In this document: positions 14,501 to 27,200 of the stretch, one piece after another
Layout of the letters: the number at the start of each line of letters is the position of its first letter
How positions within the stretch are numbered: the stretch's first letter is position 1
Source: a virus
Length of the DNA: 64,000 nucleotides
Reading direction: 5' to 3' (one strand)
IMG/VR virus record: IMGVR_UViG_3300045988_074608
Program-made: the position numbers and the translations under genes
Notes under the pieces: generated by a model
What the model saw: only the letters and a program-made list of their open reading frames with translations
What the model was told of the DNA's origin: nothing
The model's database searches: none

Positions 14501-17500
14501 ACCCATTCTAAAGCTTGTTTAAGAACAGATAATGTATTATATCGATCGATATTTTGTTCGAATTTAGTTACAGCATCGATGTGTGCATTATATTGTTGAC
14601 TAATTGTTGCATCTTTAACATTCTACATTAATGTATCAAGAGCATCTAATTGATGTTTTAATTGTGCAAAACTTAGTTTTACATTTTCTCTAGCTTCATC
14701 TATTTGCTGTTGTATATCATGTAATTGTTCAACATATGTAGTATGTACATATTTAGGGTCCTATATTGCCAAATCGACCATTTGTATAGGTTGTACGTCA
14801 GTTATAGCAAGCAATTCACTCCAGTTATCACGTGGACTTTTAGTAGTTACGGTAATACCCATTAATTGTAAATTACAAACGCTACTACCAGTACATTCCT
14901 AAATCATTTGTGCATATGCATTTAACTAATTTGTATATACTTCTCTAGCAGTGTGTTGTTGACGTCTTCCGAATGCTGAGGTTTTACCATAATCCTTATC
15001 AAGAGCCTCTCTTTTCTTTTCTGTCTAAATATTTCCTCCAACAGTACCACTAACTATTACATCTTGTAATTCAAATGAGTATTTAGATGTTTTAAAATCT
15101 ATAAGAGTTATATTACCATCTGGCGCTATTGCTAAAAGGTCAGGTTCACCAGCTATTTTAACTTTAGTTCCATCTGGATTAGTTTTTTCATAATATAAAC
15201 AAGTTGGTCTTGTATATAAAACATAACCCAAAGTCTCCATTTTATCCTTGAATTTCTTAAGATCATCTACGAGTTTATCAAAAACTTCTTCAGGAATTCT
15301 TTGATCCACATCTTCATAATTCAAGGTTTTACCTGCTAATATATCACGAGCTATTCCATCTATTATAGAACCAGATATTACAGAAGCACCAGGTAAGAAT
15401 AAATTTGTATCCGTATGTGCAAATAATTTAGCGATAGAATTTATAGTTTCATCGCTCTTTAATATATCGTCAGTTTGAAAATAACCCTCAGGATTTATCT
15501 TACATCTCTCTGCTAATTCTGAATCAGTACCATATAAACGAACAGCTGTATTATAATAATCATCAGCCATTTGATTTATGGCTTTTATGTATTCATTTTT
15601 GTAACCTTCTATAACATTTGTACTATCATTCCTCTTAATAGAATCTAACCATGCATCTCTTAGTTTTTGTAATGTATTGGTATTTTTCTTTATAGCATCT
15701 TCCTATTCTTTTGTATTACGGAACTGAGGTTCCATCATACTATGAAGACGACTATACATTTCAATCCTACCATTTGTTTCAATGAAATAGTTATTTCCTG
15801 TACGCCATTCGTAATGATATTTACTATTAGACGCAGAATATTCATCTAATACTTTTATAGTTTTAGATTGATCTTGTGTTATTACAACATTACCATATTT
15901 TATATTAGTTTCTGGCGCAACATACGGAGTTTTAGGCTGTTGTGCAGGTTGCACAGGTTGTACTATAGGTTTTGCAGGAGTTGGATTTAATAACTTCTTA
16001 TAATACCTTGCATAATTATACTCACTTATTGTTATTTCCTAATCATTTAAGAAATATTTAAACTTACCATTTTTCTATTTTCTTTTTTCTAATTTTGCAC
16101 CGTTATTTAACAAATTGACGATTCGCATTTCTTTAGTACGATAACCATCATCACTTATAGCTCCAAGATTAGTTACTAACTAATCAAATTTCTTTTGATT
16201 ATATTTTCTGCTATTTGCATAATCCGCTAATCTCTAAATAGAACCTTTATAATCAGATGTTAAACCAGGAGCCTTAGCTGCAGCACTTTCATAAGATTCT
16301 CTATCCATCCATTCTTTTTGAAAATCTTCGAAAAGCTTCATACTAGAACTTCTATAATTATCAAGTCTATTACGTTCTTCGTCAGTAAGTTTATCAAGTT
16401 CAGAATCGTTTAATGCTACATAATCATCGTATTGATCTTTTGTCTTTTTCAAACTTTTACCACGATCATCATATTCATTTCTAGAATCAAACCATTCTGC
16501 CTTATCAAACTATTTGTTAGTTTTGATTAATTTATCATTTTCAGAATCATACTCATAAACTCTACGTATACCATCTATGTCATCACGTACAACATATGTC
16601 TTACCATTTCTAGTATACGTATTATTATCATCGGTTATTACTGCAGAATCTAATTTCTGTCTATCTAACTCGTCGTTATAGAAATCATCTTCAACACTCT
16701 GACGTAACAATTCATCTTCTTTTTTATTTTTCAAATATGCTTCAACAGAACTCTTAGCAAATTTTGGATCTTTTACTAATTTGTTAAGCATTTCATTATT
16801 GAATTGTAACTGTATCGAAGCATCAGAAAGATCGCGTTCTGCTGCAACATAATCATCGTCTATATGGAATCCTTTGCTTTCTGCAAACTTTTTCACATCT
16901 TCTTCGGTGTCTAATGCAATGTTATCACCATATACCTCGTGAATACGATCTTTGGTTTTTTGGACGTCATAATCAACTTTAGCTTTTACAGATTTTCCAC
17001 CTTTCAACTCTTTGATTTTTTGCATATCATTCAACAATTGTTGAGTCTACATTTTACCAATAAGTTGATGTATTGTTATAAGATTACTATTATTTGCTTC
17101 ATAAGCACGCTGTAAATCATCAAACATGTTTACAAACTTAGCATCATCTTTATATTTATCTGCAAGTTTATATCTACCGTCTTCCCCTTTTTCTATTTTA
17201 AACTGTAACTAATTTATTCTAGGATCACTTGCTCTATTTGCATCTAAGTAATCTTCAAATGACTATGTTACATTTAAACCGATAAGATTATTTAATTTTT
17301 CTTTATAAAATTGATCAGCTTCTGCAATAGAATTTTGTCTACCTGCTAATACTGCAATGTATGTATCAAAGTTTTTCTACATCACAGAACGTTCATTTGT
17401 CTTCTTTATAGAAAGATTATCTTTTATTTTCTATTTCCATGATTTATTTTCATCTTTCTCTAAAAATCCAGCACTTGTTGCGGTTTTACGTACATCTTCA

Positions 17501-20394
17501 TTTTGTTGTAATATTCCGACTGTATTTACAAGTTTTCTAAGGTTAGCAACATGATCCGACGGTATTCCATAACTAATATTATCTTTATTACGCTCTTTCA
17601 TATCAGATGTGATACCTTCGTACTAATCTAACATCGCTTTAATTTTAGAATAATTACCTTTACGTAATTCTTTAGCAAATATAGACGCTTTCGCAAGATA
17701 ATCTTTATCTGAAATATCGTCAGCTAATAAATTATTTAATATAAGATGATCGAGTTTAAACTGTTGATATGTATTAGCTGCACCTCGTACAGCTATATTA
17801 GGACCACCTTGTATCAAAGCTCCTAAAATACCACCATGCATTTGTTCCCATATATCACGTTCTTGTGCTGTAGCTTGTTCAGGATCTTTAAATAGAAAAC
17901 TAGACCATAATTTAGCACCATCCAATACGGTCATAGGAAGCTGATTTAAAACATTATAATAAGCATTAGACATCTCTTCTACACGCTCATATTGTTGTTG
18001 TTGCTGTAAACCTTCTTCAGCACCTTCGGAATACATACTTGCTCCAGCTCTCCATCCGAAATCTTTAGCAACCTTACCAGCAGTACCTAAATATCTTCTA
18101 TATCGTAATACTCTTTCTGGTATAGCAGTAGCCATATCTATAACATTTGCAGAATGCTGCAATGATTTTTCTGCCATTTTTGCTAAAGCTTTGTCTATTT
18201 TACCTTGTGCAAAATTTCCTACTTTTTGCATCAAGACAGGTATTCCAGATTCTTCTATAAGATCTTTTGTAATACCTCTTACAAAATTAGCAGGTGCATT
18301 TAAAGTTGTTCTAATACCATTTACAGCATTTGTAACAGCTGCATCTCCACCTTCTGATAATAATTGTTGAACTGCCTTTCTAAGCGATGTTTTACTACCA
18401 TCTGCATATTTGCGTAAAGCCATTTTAAACGCTAACCTGTCTCCTTTTGCAGCTAATTTATCAGTTAGAAATCCAACCTTAGAATTTTTCGCAATACCTC
18501 CCATAGGCATACAAGACACAATAGCATCTGTTAAAGAATCAAGAGTATTAACACCCATTCCTTGATAATATTGTTTTGCAGAACCTGCGGTAGCATCTAA
18601 TAAAGTCTGTCTTATTTTAAAATCATTTGGAACATATTTACCGATATAGAAAGCATGTAATATATCATCAACAGTAGCACCTTCTCCAAGCTCTTTTCTA
18701 CCTTCGTTTACAAATTTATCAAATTGATCATTTTCAATAAGAAGTTTTTTAGCTAATACATCTGTAGCATCTGATACGTTTGCAAAGTTCTCATCTGCTC
18801 CAGCAGCCATAGAAGATGCAAAAGAAACAGCTCCAGATGCAAGTGCTATAGAAGCACCTGCAGTTTCAGGTGCTAATATTGAACCGAGTAAAGCTGTAGC
18901 ACCGGCTCCCATTGAAATTAAAGTTTTCTCTGGAGAAGACATTGATGAAGCGAGAAGACTTGGTGCCATCCACATTTTTGCAGGATTATACCATGCTAAT
19001 GAATTAGCAGCAGCTTCTCGTTTTCTATAATAATTCGAAACTTCATATCCTTTTTGATATTTCTCCAAATCTTTTTTATCAATCTCATAATCATTTCGCC
19101 ACAAAGCTTTCATTTGTTCAGCTCTACTATTGAATTGTTTATATATATTATCCAACTATGTACGAGCTTGTTTTGCTGCAGCAACATCTCCTTTCTCAAG
19201 AGCCGCTTTATACTTTGTGATATTTGCACCAAATCCATGTAGTTTTGAACCAACGCCAGTTCCGAAATCCAAATATCCAATATCGTGTAACAAAGACTGT
19301 GCATCAGAAACTAAATCTCCAGCCCACGTATGATTTTCAAAAGATATTAAATCTTTAAATACGTTTTCTTGTTTTTCTTTCTTTTGTTGGAGTTGATTTA
19401 TTTTTTCTTTAAGATTGTCCCAATTAAGACTCTCTTCCTTACTGATACCTTTTCCGCTAACATAACGATTTCTAATATCTTCAAACTATGCCTAAGTATT
19501 TTTAAGTTCAGTTACAGTTTTTTGATATTCATCTAATGCTTCTGGATTTACCATGTTTTGTTGCTACATTAATGTATTCATTTTACCAAGACTTGTAGCC
19601 ATCTAGGTTTCGTTTTTAGAAATACCAAAAACATGATATGCATCTTGCAACAAAGAATTTTTTCTATTTTTATCGATATTATCTGCAATTTTTTTACCAC
19701 TCCATAATAAAAAAGGAGCTGCTATCGGATTCTAAATACTTTGTAATACAGCATTAGCTATAGGTAACATGCTATCATAATAACCTTTTGGAGCTGTATC
19801 ACCATCGTCCTATTTAAAATCCTCTGGATGCATTGTTTGATACCAACGTACTGTTTTATCAATTTCGTAATCCAATGCTTTTGCCTAACTTCTCAATTGA
19901 GCAGCTGCTTTAGGATTAGATTTTTCAATACTTGTAGCTGCGTCATTATAAGAATCTCTATCTTCCATAAGTCTTCGTACTCTACTTCTGGAAGCTCTTT
20001 TATCTAAATTTTTATTTTGTTCCCGTTGTCTATTTTCAGCATCTCTCTGTTCTTTTGTGAACACTTTTCTTCCAGGAAAAGACCATTTATATTTAGATAG
20101 ATTCGGATTTTGTGGTATCAGAGAAGTAAAATCGGTATTATTATTTTGCTGATTGTTATTCTGCCGATTATTATCCTACTAATCATTTGTATCTGATGAC
20201 AATTCTTTATTTTTACGATCAGCATCTCTTTTCAAACGTTCGTTTAATTGTCTCTCAGCTTCTTCATCTTCTCTCTGTTTTCTTAAAATATCCTATCTTT
20301 TTCGCTCTTCTGATTTTCTCAGACGCTCCATATATTTCGCACGTTCGTCATCACGAACTCGGTACGAACCTCTTATTAAGCTATTTATATCCAT
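2560..20394 (-). CDS. Giant virion protein (about 5,944 codons) containing the crAss-type virion RNA polymerase motif plus nuclease-like and DUF1848-like domains; TAG read as sense
   Basis: ATG at 20394 lies 2 nt after the TAA (20397-20399) of the upstream gene, and the nearest upstream in-frame stop is TAA at 20434-20436. All 23 track ORFs from 17623..19155 down to 2899..3153 are in this one frame. My codon-by-codon check of every gap found only TAG (about 95 by hand count) and no TAA or TGA until the tandem TAA TAA at 2557-2562. Confidence 0.75.
3340..4155 (-). other. DUF1848-like (putative Fe-S, TIM-barrel-like) domain inside the giant ORF
   Basis: The translation runs from IAVASEHTDPVFF to LRIDPIIPG to CAEPCRMDGISIEGC to RFR(TAG)LCSCYGGKTDLLKYNSNCASSCVYCYAHHN. 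This matches my recollection of the DUF1848 layout (N-terminal S-x-R/H-T-D-P-x-F-Y/F, C-terminal CxC...C...CxYCYA cysteine cluster). It is a motif-level call only. Confidence 0.45.
7594..7608 (-). other. DxDxD (DFDID) putative catalytic metal-binding motif of the crAss-type virion RNA polymerase
   Basis: Track ORF 7462..7731 reads ...TAQTGSDFDIDKLYMSTLF. The five codons GAC TTC GAT ATT GAT map to 7608..7594. A DxDxD loop in a very large virion protein is the signature described for crAss-like virion RNAPs. Confidence 0.55.
14914..15141 (-). other. PD-(D/E)xK (RecB/Cas4-like) nuclease motif set inside the giant ORF
   Basis: GEPDLLAIAPDGNITLIDFKTSK supplies D...DxK (D codon 15139-15141, K codon 15091-15093). 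It is followed by REVYTN(TAG)LNAYAQMI. If the TAG at 14926-14928 is read as Gln, this gives the family QxxxY motif exactly (Q-L-N-A-Y). Confidence 0.5.
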
Positions 20395-20396
20395 AA

Positions 20397-22160
20397 TTAA
20401 TATATCATTGATGCCGACCCCTTGTCGGTTGTTTTAATATGATAACTATCTCTCAGATTAGCTTCTTGATAATCTATATTAGGTGCATAAGCTCCACTTG
20501 TAACATATGTATTACGGTCAGCCTTACCGTCTTTAGCTGCAATAGATGTATAATTAAACGGCATATAAACTGTACCAACGTTCACAGCTCTATTGTTTTC
20601 ATCTCTTACATACAATGTTCCCACTGTAGCTTGTACAACTTGTCCATTTCGTTTAACAGTTGTTGCAACATTATTACCTGTTCTAGGTACAAATACAAGG
20701 TGTCTATTAGCTCCAAGAACTCTATCAGACTTACCATGTTCATTCAATTTTCTACTTATATCTCTATGTAATGGAATATGTCTTTGCATTATATGATGTG
20801 AACCACTTGTTTCTGCTGCCCATCTATCACCATCTATTAATCTAGACGCCTCTTGTTTACTAATAGTAAATCCATCTACTATTGAAGTTTTAATAACATC
20901 TTTATCACTACTTTTTCCTACTTTTGCCACCACATTTAATTTATATTTTCCAGCATCTCCAGCTTTTCTTTGATGTCCAAATCGTTTATAAGTAACTTCA
21001 AACGGTTCACCGTGTGTGATTGTAGCACCTTGTACTTTTGCAGAATATATTTTCGATTGTTTACTATCTTTTATTGTTTTTCCAGTATATGGTATTTTAC
21101 TAACGGTTTTCTCTAATACTTTTTTAGCTTCTGATGTAGCTTCTGCGAATGGTAATAATAAACCATTAGCTTTGTATTCATCGATATTTAATCCAATCAA
21201 AGCACCCAAACCTCTTAATAATTGCGTCTAATGATAATTGAGATTAATATCTTGTTTTTCTTTTGCAGCAGCTTTCTAACTTTCATATTGTTGTGCTTGC
21301 TTTTGTTTAGCCATATCATGCTGGAATCTTATATTTTCAAGAGCATATTCATTAACCTTCTTCTCTTCTCTAAGATAATCACTGTTTCTATTTACAATAT
21401 CATCTGTAAGATACTGCATGGCTAATTTATCAATATCTGCTTCAGAAGCTTGCGGGTTCACAGCTCTTACTTTATCTTTAGCTTGCGAATAATAATATTT
21501 ACCGTAATCACTACTTAAGAAATCATTAATATTACTTTTAAGCACGCCACGTATATCATTTTCGTCAACTGTGTAATAATCATAACCGTCTTTTTTCTAA
21601 TTGGTTAATTTCTCATTGAACTTTTTATCAAGATGTTTAAACCAATCATCTGTTAGATCATGCAAATTTTTATATTCTATAGGCGATACTCTATCAAACA
21701 AACCATTTTTTAATGTATCCCAATCTTTAAATTTATGTTTCTGAAAGAAATCTTCCATCTACTAACTGTATAAACCCTTAGACTGTAACTGTGCCATTGC
21801 TTGAAGATAAGCTTGTCCTGTTTTCGATGATTGTATAATTTGATTTATTTTATCTCTAGGTGTAGTTCTTATAACTTTAGCTATCATGGCACGACCCTCT
21901 GCTGTTCGCAGAGGATCTATACCCATTGCTTCCATGTTATCTATCGCATCATTTAATCTACCATATGTTAACTTATCATAATTTTCAACATCTTGTTGAA
22001 AAGGAGATGTAAAATCACTGTATTTAGACAGATATTCATCCATTCTTTTTTCTCCAGATTCATACTGATCTTTTACAGCATTTAAATAAGCATTCATAAT
22101 ACCAGTATCATATAGCTCTGGGATAGGCATATCTACTGGCTAATCATATCTATATATCAT
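20397..22160 (-). CDS. Virion/cargo-module protein (587 aa), unknown function
   Basis: Track ORFs 21762..22130, 21276..21545 and 20397..21209 share a frame and are separated only by TAG. ATG at 22160 follows the in-frame TAA at 22173-22175. The stop is TAA at 20397-20399. Confidence 0.65.
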
Positions 22161-22165
22161 AATAA

Positions 22166-24268
22166 TTATTGTTTATACGGATTAATAAATGGAATTGGTT
22201 GAGGAATATTTACTAATGATTTAGCTAAATCCATAAAGTTCGGCTAGAATGGTTTATACGGATTTATAAACGTTACGTTTTGAGGAACATGTACCAACTA
22301 TTTAGCAAGATCCGTAAGATATTTTTCATTTGGCATAGATACAGGTGGATTACTAAACAATCTATTAATTCGATTTTTACGTCCTGCTTTACTCATTAAA
22401 TCTTTACGTTTTATATCTAAATCATCTTGATATAATTTAACAGTATCACGCCATCTACTATCATCTACGCGTTTCTTATCCCATCTGTAGATATTCTCCA
22501 TAAAGTCTTTTCTAGCTTGGTTAGCCATTGCCAATTTAGCAGCATGTGCTTTTTCAAACGCATCTTGATCGTATCTCATAGCATTTGTTCTATTCTCTCT
22601 ATCAGCTTCACCTGCACGCATTAAAGCGTCGTAATATTGCTGCTTATATTTATTATTCTACTCGTCAGCTATTCCATAAAGCTTTGCAACATTATTTATA
22701 TAACTATTATAAAGATCATTTCTAGCAATATATTTCTAACCTGCAGTAAGACCTCCTGTTTGGTCTATATTATATTTATTCTATCTAAGACTATCTCTAT
22801 ACTCTTTAAGTTGAGGATATATATTATATCTAAGACCAGCTAAACCATTTAATGCTCTATTAGCGTATTGGTTTTGACTATATGTATTATACTTAGGAAT
22901 ACTTTGTTTATTGATATTTGACAATCTAGAAAGTGCTTCTGTAACTCCTAAAAGTGATGGAAGTCCAATCTGAAGTTCATTCTACCAATCTTTACCAATT
23001 GCATATTGTCTTCTGTAATTATTCATTTGTCCTTCTATATTATGTTGTTTTGCCTATTGTTGTGCGAGATCTTTGAGCTTATTAAAAGATTCTTGTTTTG
23101 ACTGTTGTATATTTTTATTATACAAATCACTTGTAGCTTTAGATAAAGAACTCAATTTACCATATCGTCCAACTTTGTTCTAAGCTTCATTCATACTTTG
23201 AATCTGCATAGTATACGGTGCAGCTTGCCTTGCGAACGTATCACCAGTTCTCCAATCAATATCATTACCAAGTATTACATTACTATCATCTTCTCTTACA
23301 GACGATGGTTGGTTATCAACACCAACTGTACCTTTGTCAACAATAGTTGCACTACTATTATTAAAATCTATAATAGATTCTCCTTTACCAACATTACTTT
23401 CGTGTGGTCCATTTATAACACCGTATGGAGAATATACTTGTTTATAATTACCTTCGGATTTACCATTATTATAACACTTAGAATCTTTTCCTCTATTAGC
23501 TACTAATATTCCACCTTTAGTATTTCCATAATCCTACAAATAATCCTATTGTAATCCTGTGGTTTGAGCACCTGCTTTATTAAACGTAGTGATAGCGTTT
23601 GCTTTCTGTTGTGCAACAGCCATTCTGTGTTTTAGAATTCTTTTCTTACGTCTAGCAGCAGCTCCTCCAAATATACCTCCTATAAGAGATCCTACAGCAG
23701 CTCCAATACCGGATCCAATTGGACCACCTATCATACCTATCGCAGCACCTGCTCCAGCACCACTTCCAATAGATTTCATTGTATTTCCAGATGTTTGTGC
23801 TTTAAGGTTTGCAAGTTCTGCATCTTCATCAATACCATTTTGAATATCATAACCAATTCCATTTATCATACCTTGTGAGGTACCTGCGTTCGATAACAGT
23901 TGTGACTAATTTGCAACAGGTTGTTTATAAGCATCTATAAGATTTCCTGCAAAAGCAATTCCTTGCTGAACCATTGCACCATAGTTAGCGTTTTTAAGAT
24001 TTGTTTTAAAAGCACTAGGACCTTTTGGACCTTTTTCTTGAGGACCTTGAGGACCTTGTGGAGTTTGTTGAACTGGTGTTTGTGAATAAGAATTGTTGTT
24101 ATATGCATTTTTCCAATCCCAACCACTATTTATTTCATCTCTAATATCTTTCAACTATCCCCACTGCGGTGGTTTAGGTGGTATATAACCTTGTGATGAA
24201 TTATCATCTACACCGAATACAAAATTTGGTTTCTAATTACGTATATATTTAAAAGCTGTTAAATCCAT
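22166..24268 (-). CDS. Virion/cargo-module protein (700 aa) with a Gly/Ala-rich hydrophobic segment
   Basis: ATG at 24268 follows the in-frame TAA at 24281-24283. Track ORFs 23906..24154, 23546..23869 and 22298..22621 share the frame, and all gap codons I checked contain TAG only. The stop is TAA at 22166-22168. It contains GSGAGAGAAIGMIGGPIGSGIGAAVGSLIGGIFGG. Confidence 0.65.
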
Positions 24269-27200
24269 GATTTTCTAAATTTATTTATTATATAAGAAAT
24301 CGAAGCGTTCTTTAAATTATCTATCTCACAAATCATATATTTACCACGTTGTCTATTTCCATATTCAACGTTGCCATATCTTGGTATAGAATATCTAAAA
24401 TTACCTTCTCTATTTGTAATACCAATTTCACTTCCAGATTTCTATACTTCTGAATTTAAATTTGTAGACCATTTAAATATACAGTTGTTATAAGAATAAT
24501 CTTTTGTTAATTGATCGTTTGTTATTATTTCTTGATTATCAAATACTTTTGTTTCAGTAGGTGATGCATTTACTACATATTTTATAATAGTATTTGGATA
24601 TAATGTACCATTTTTAGTATTCCATTTGTTTACAACTAATTTACCATCTTCACAAGACATTAAGTATATATCGTTGTCAAATGTAATACTTTCTTCGAAA
24701 TCAACTGTATATACAGATGTAAATGCTCGTAATAAGCTACTAAACGCTAGAGATTGTTCTTCTCCGTTTTTCAACAATACTTTTGAAACAAGTTCATCAT
24801 AACGTTTATCATAGAATAATTTTGGATGTTTTATACCACATCTCTCATGCATTATATTTTGTGTACCAAACATCTTATTCATTGCAACGCTACCGTCTGA
24901 TGTCAGCTATTTCAATTCATTATTATGTGAATCAAACCAGAATAGAGCTGTAGAAGATTGTGCATCACAGTATTGTTCTCTATGCATTCCTGTTTTTGTA
25001 TCCAAATAATCATATCTTGATAAAACACCTCCAGTTCCTAATACAAGTGGTTTTCCAGAATCATCTGTTATCTGAGATCTTTCATTCACGCTAAATTGAC
25101 CAAATGCGTGTTCCTACCAAAAGAACAATTGATTATTAAATGTTCTAAGGTTTGTTATTTCACCATATCTGTCATCTACATCTAAGAAGTTTGCAGGTTT
25201 GAATACACACCACGAATCACTATTTTCATTATTAGTCTTCTTATCTGAATAATAACATCTGTAATCTACGCTTGTGAGTGTATTTGAATCTTTTGATAAA
25301 TCTGTAGATTCTATTGATTTAATCTGAGGTTGTATAGAATATGCAGAATTGTACTCATATTGTGGTTTTTCCTAAGCCCATATTGAATTAACCTGTGCAG
25401 GATCTTCTTGTATATTGGAAGCTTTACCATCTGTCTATGCACTAAACTCTACTCCTGATGTATATGCGAGATTTATGCTTGTTTCAACAGGTATTGAATA
25501 AACAAGACATGCAGTTACAGACATTCCTACATTCTTATCATAATATTTATGACATGATACATATTCAAATGGTTGTATGTAACAATCACCATCAAACACA
25601 TTTGCTACTTTCTAATCTGCAGCAAATACATCTCCATAAGATACGTATGTATTCAAACATCTTGCTGAATAATCATATCCTCCATAAGGTGTAGTTCTTT
25701 GTCGTAAATTACACAAATATGTTCCAGATATACTACTTCTATATATATTTACAATATTTCCATCTGCACCCTTGATATAATCTATATACGAACTATTCTA
25801 TCTATCCTCTACAGAAAGAGTTGATTTGAATATTTTATTACTATCTTTGTTTGCACCAGGTATTACTTCAAAATCACCTGTTGTAAATTTATCTGGAACT
25901 TTATAATCATCATCTGTAAAACCTGTAGCTTGTACTGTAGTCGTATTCGTATGAGGTTTCTATATAACATTTGTGCAAATATTTTTATAAAATATATTAT
26001 TTGCGTTTTCTAATTTCAACAAGATACAAGATCCTCCAGTACCCATTAATGCAGAACGTCCATCACAATCATCAAGTCTATTACGGTATTTATCATCAGA
26101 TACAAATATACCAAAATCATTATCAGTACTCAGTACTTTATTAGTATTATTAAACGTACCGCTATCTACAACATTACAGTATTGTAAATTACCAATTGTA
26201 ACTGTATTATTTGTGTATTTTGCAGAATATGTTGTAGTTTTATCTACAGTTTTAGAATCGAACAAACCATTCCATGGTATTTGTGAAACAACGTTACAAG
26301 CCTATATTTTATAAGAATATCTGTTCATTTTCAGATTGATAGTATCATAATACGTATCATCTCCGTATTTTGTTTTAACACCTGCCGACTCATATTTTCT
26401 GTTAAATACAGTATTACTCTATTCGTATAACTTTGTATACCCAAACTGATTGTAATTATATATGTTATCAAGACCGCCAGCTTTTCCAAATCCACGTATA
26501 TTGCATGTATTATCTGTATCACCTATTGTTTGATATGAAATAAATGATGGTGTTTTACCAACTGTCCTAAAAACATATTGTTCACCTCTATAGCTATCAA
26601 GTCTATGTTCATTTAAACAAGCAGGGTATGCCTAATAATATGAAGGGTTTGTTCTACCGTATGGTTGACATATAAACATTGACTACAAACCACTTATCAG
26701 CTTCTCTTCATTACTGTTCTCATCATCAGATTTATATACTCTATATGTAGATAATTTGTTTTCTGTACCATTGGATAATCGTCCATATAAATCTTTATAT
26801 ATTATTTTATTATTCTCGGTGACAGCTTTTGGAGGTAGTGCTAAATTATGACCACATACAGAAGATCCTATATAATCATACTTTAAAGACGTACTTAAAT
26901 TCAAATTTGGATTAATAACATCTGCAGAAGCTTTCCACGGACAATCAAAATTACGCATTTTTTGTGGATATGTTAATTCATTCGTATTAGCATGATGTCC
27001 GAACAAATAACTAACACTATTTAAATATGTCTAAGTATTATTTACAACCTATTTAATGTAATCTGTATTATATACAGCTTCTGGACATATAAACTAATAT
27101 AGATCATGATTATCAAAATTATCAGCTTCTGGTAAACCAACCAAATTATCATTTGTTGAATCGAACTAAGGACTTCTTGCAATCCATATAGAACCTGTCC

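Noticed and set aside
23950-24070. Collagen-like repeat (QGPQGPQEKGPKGPS).
   Set aside because: It is only about four imperfect G-X-Y triplets, which is too short and irregular to call a collagen-like domain.
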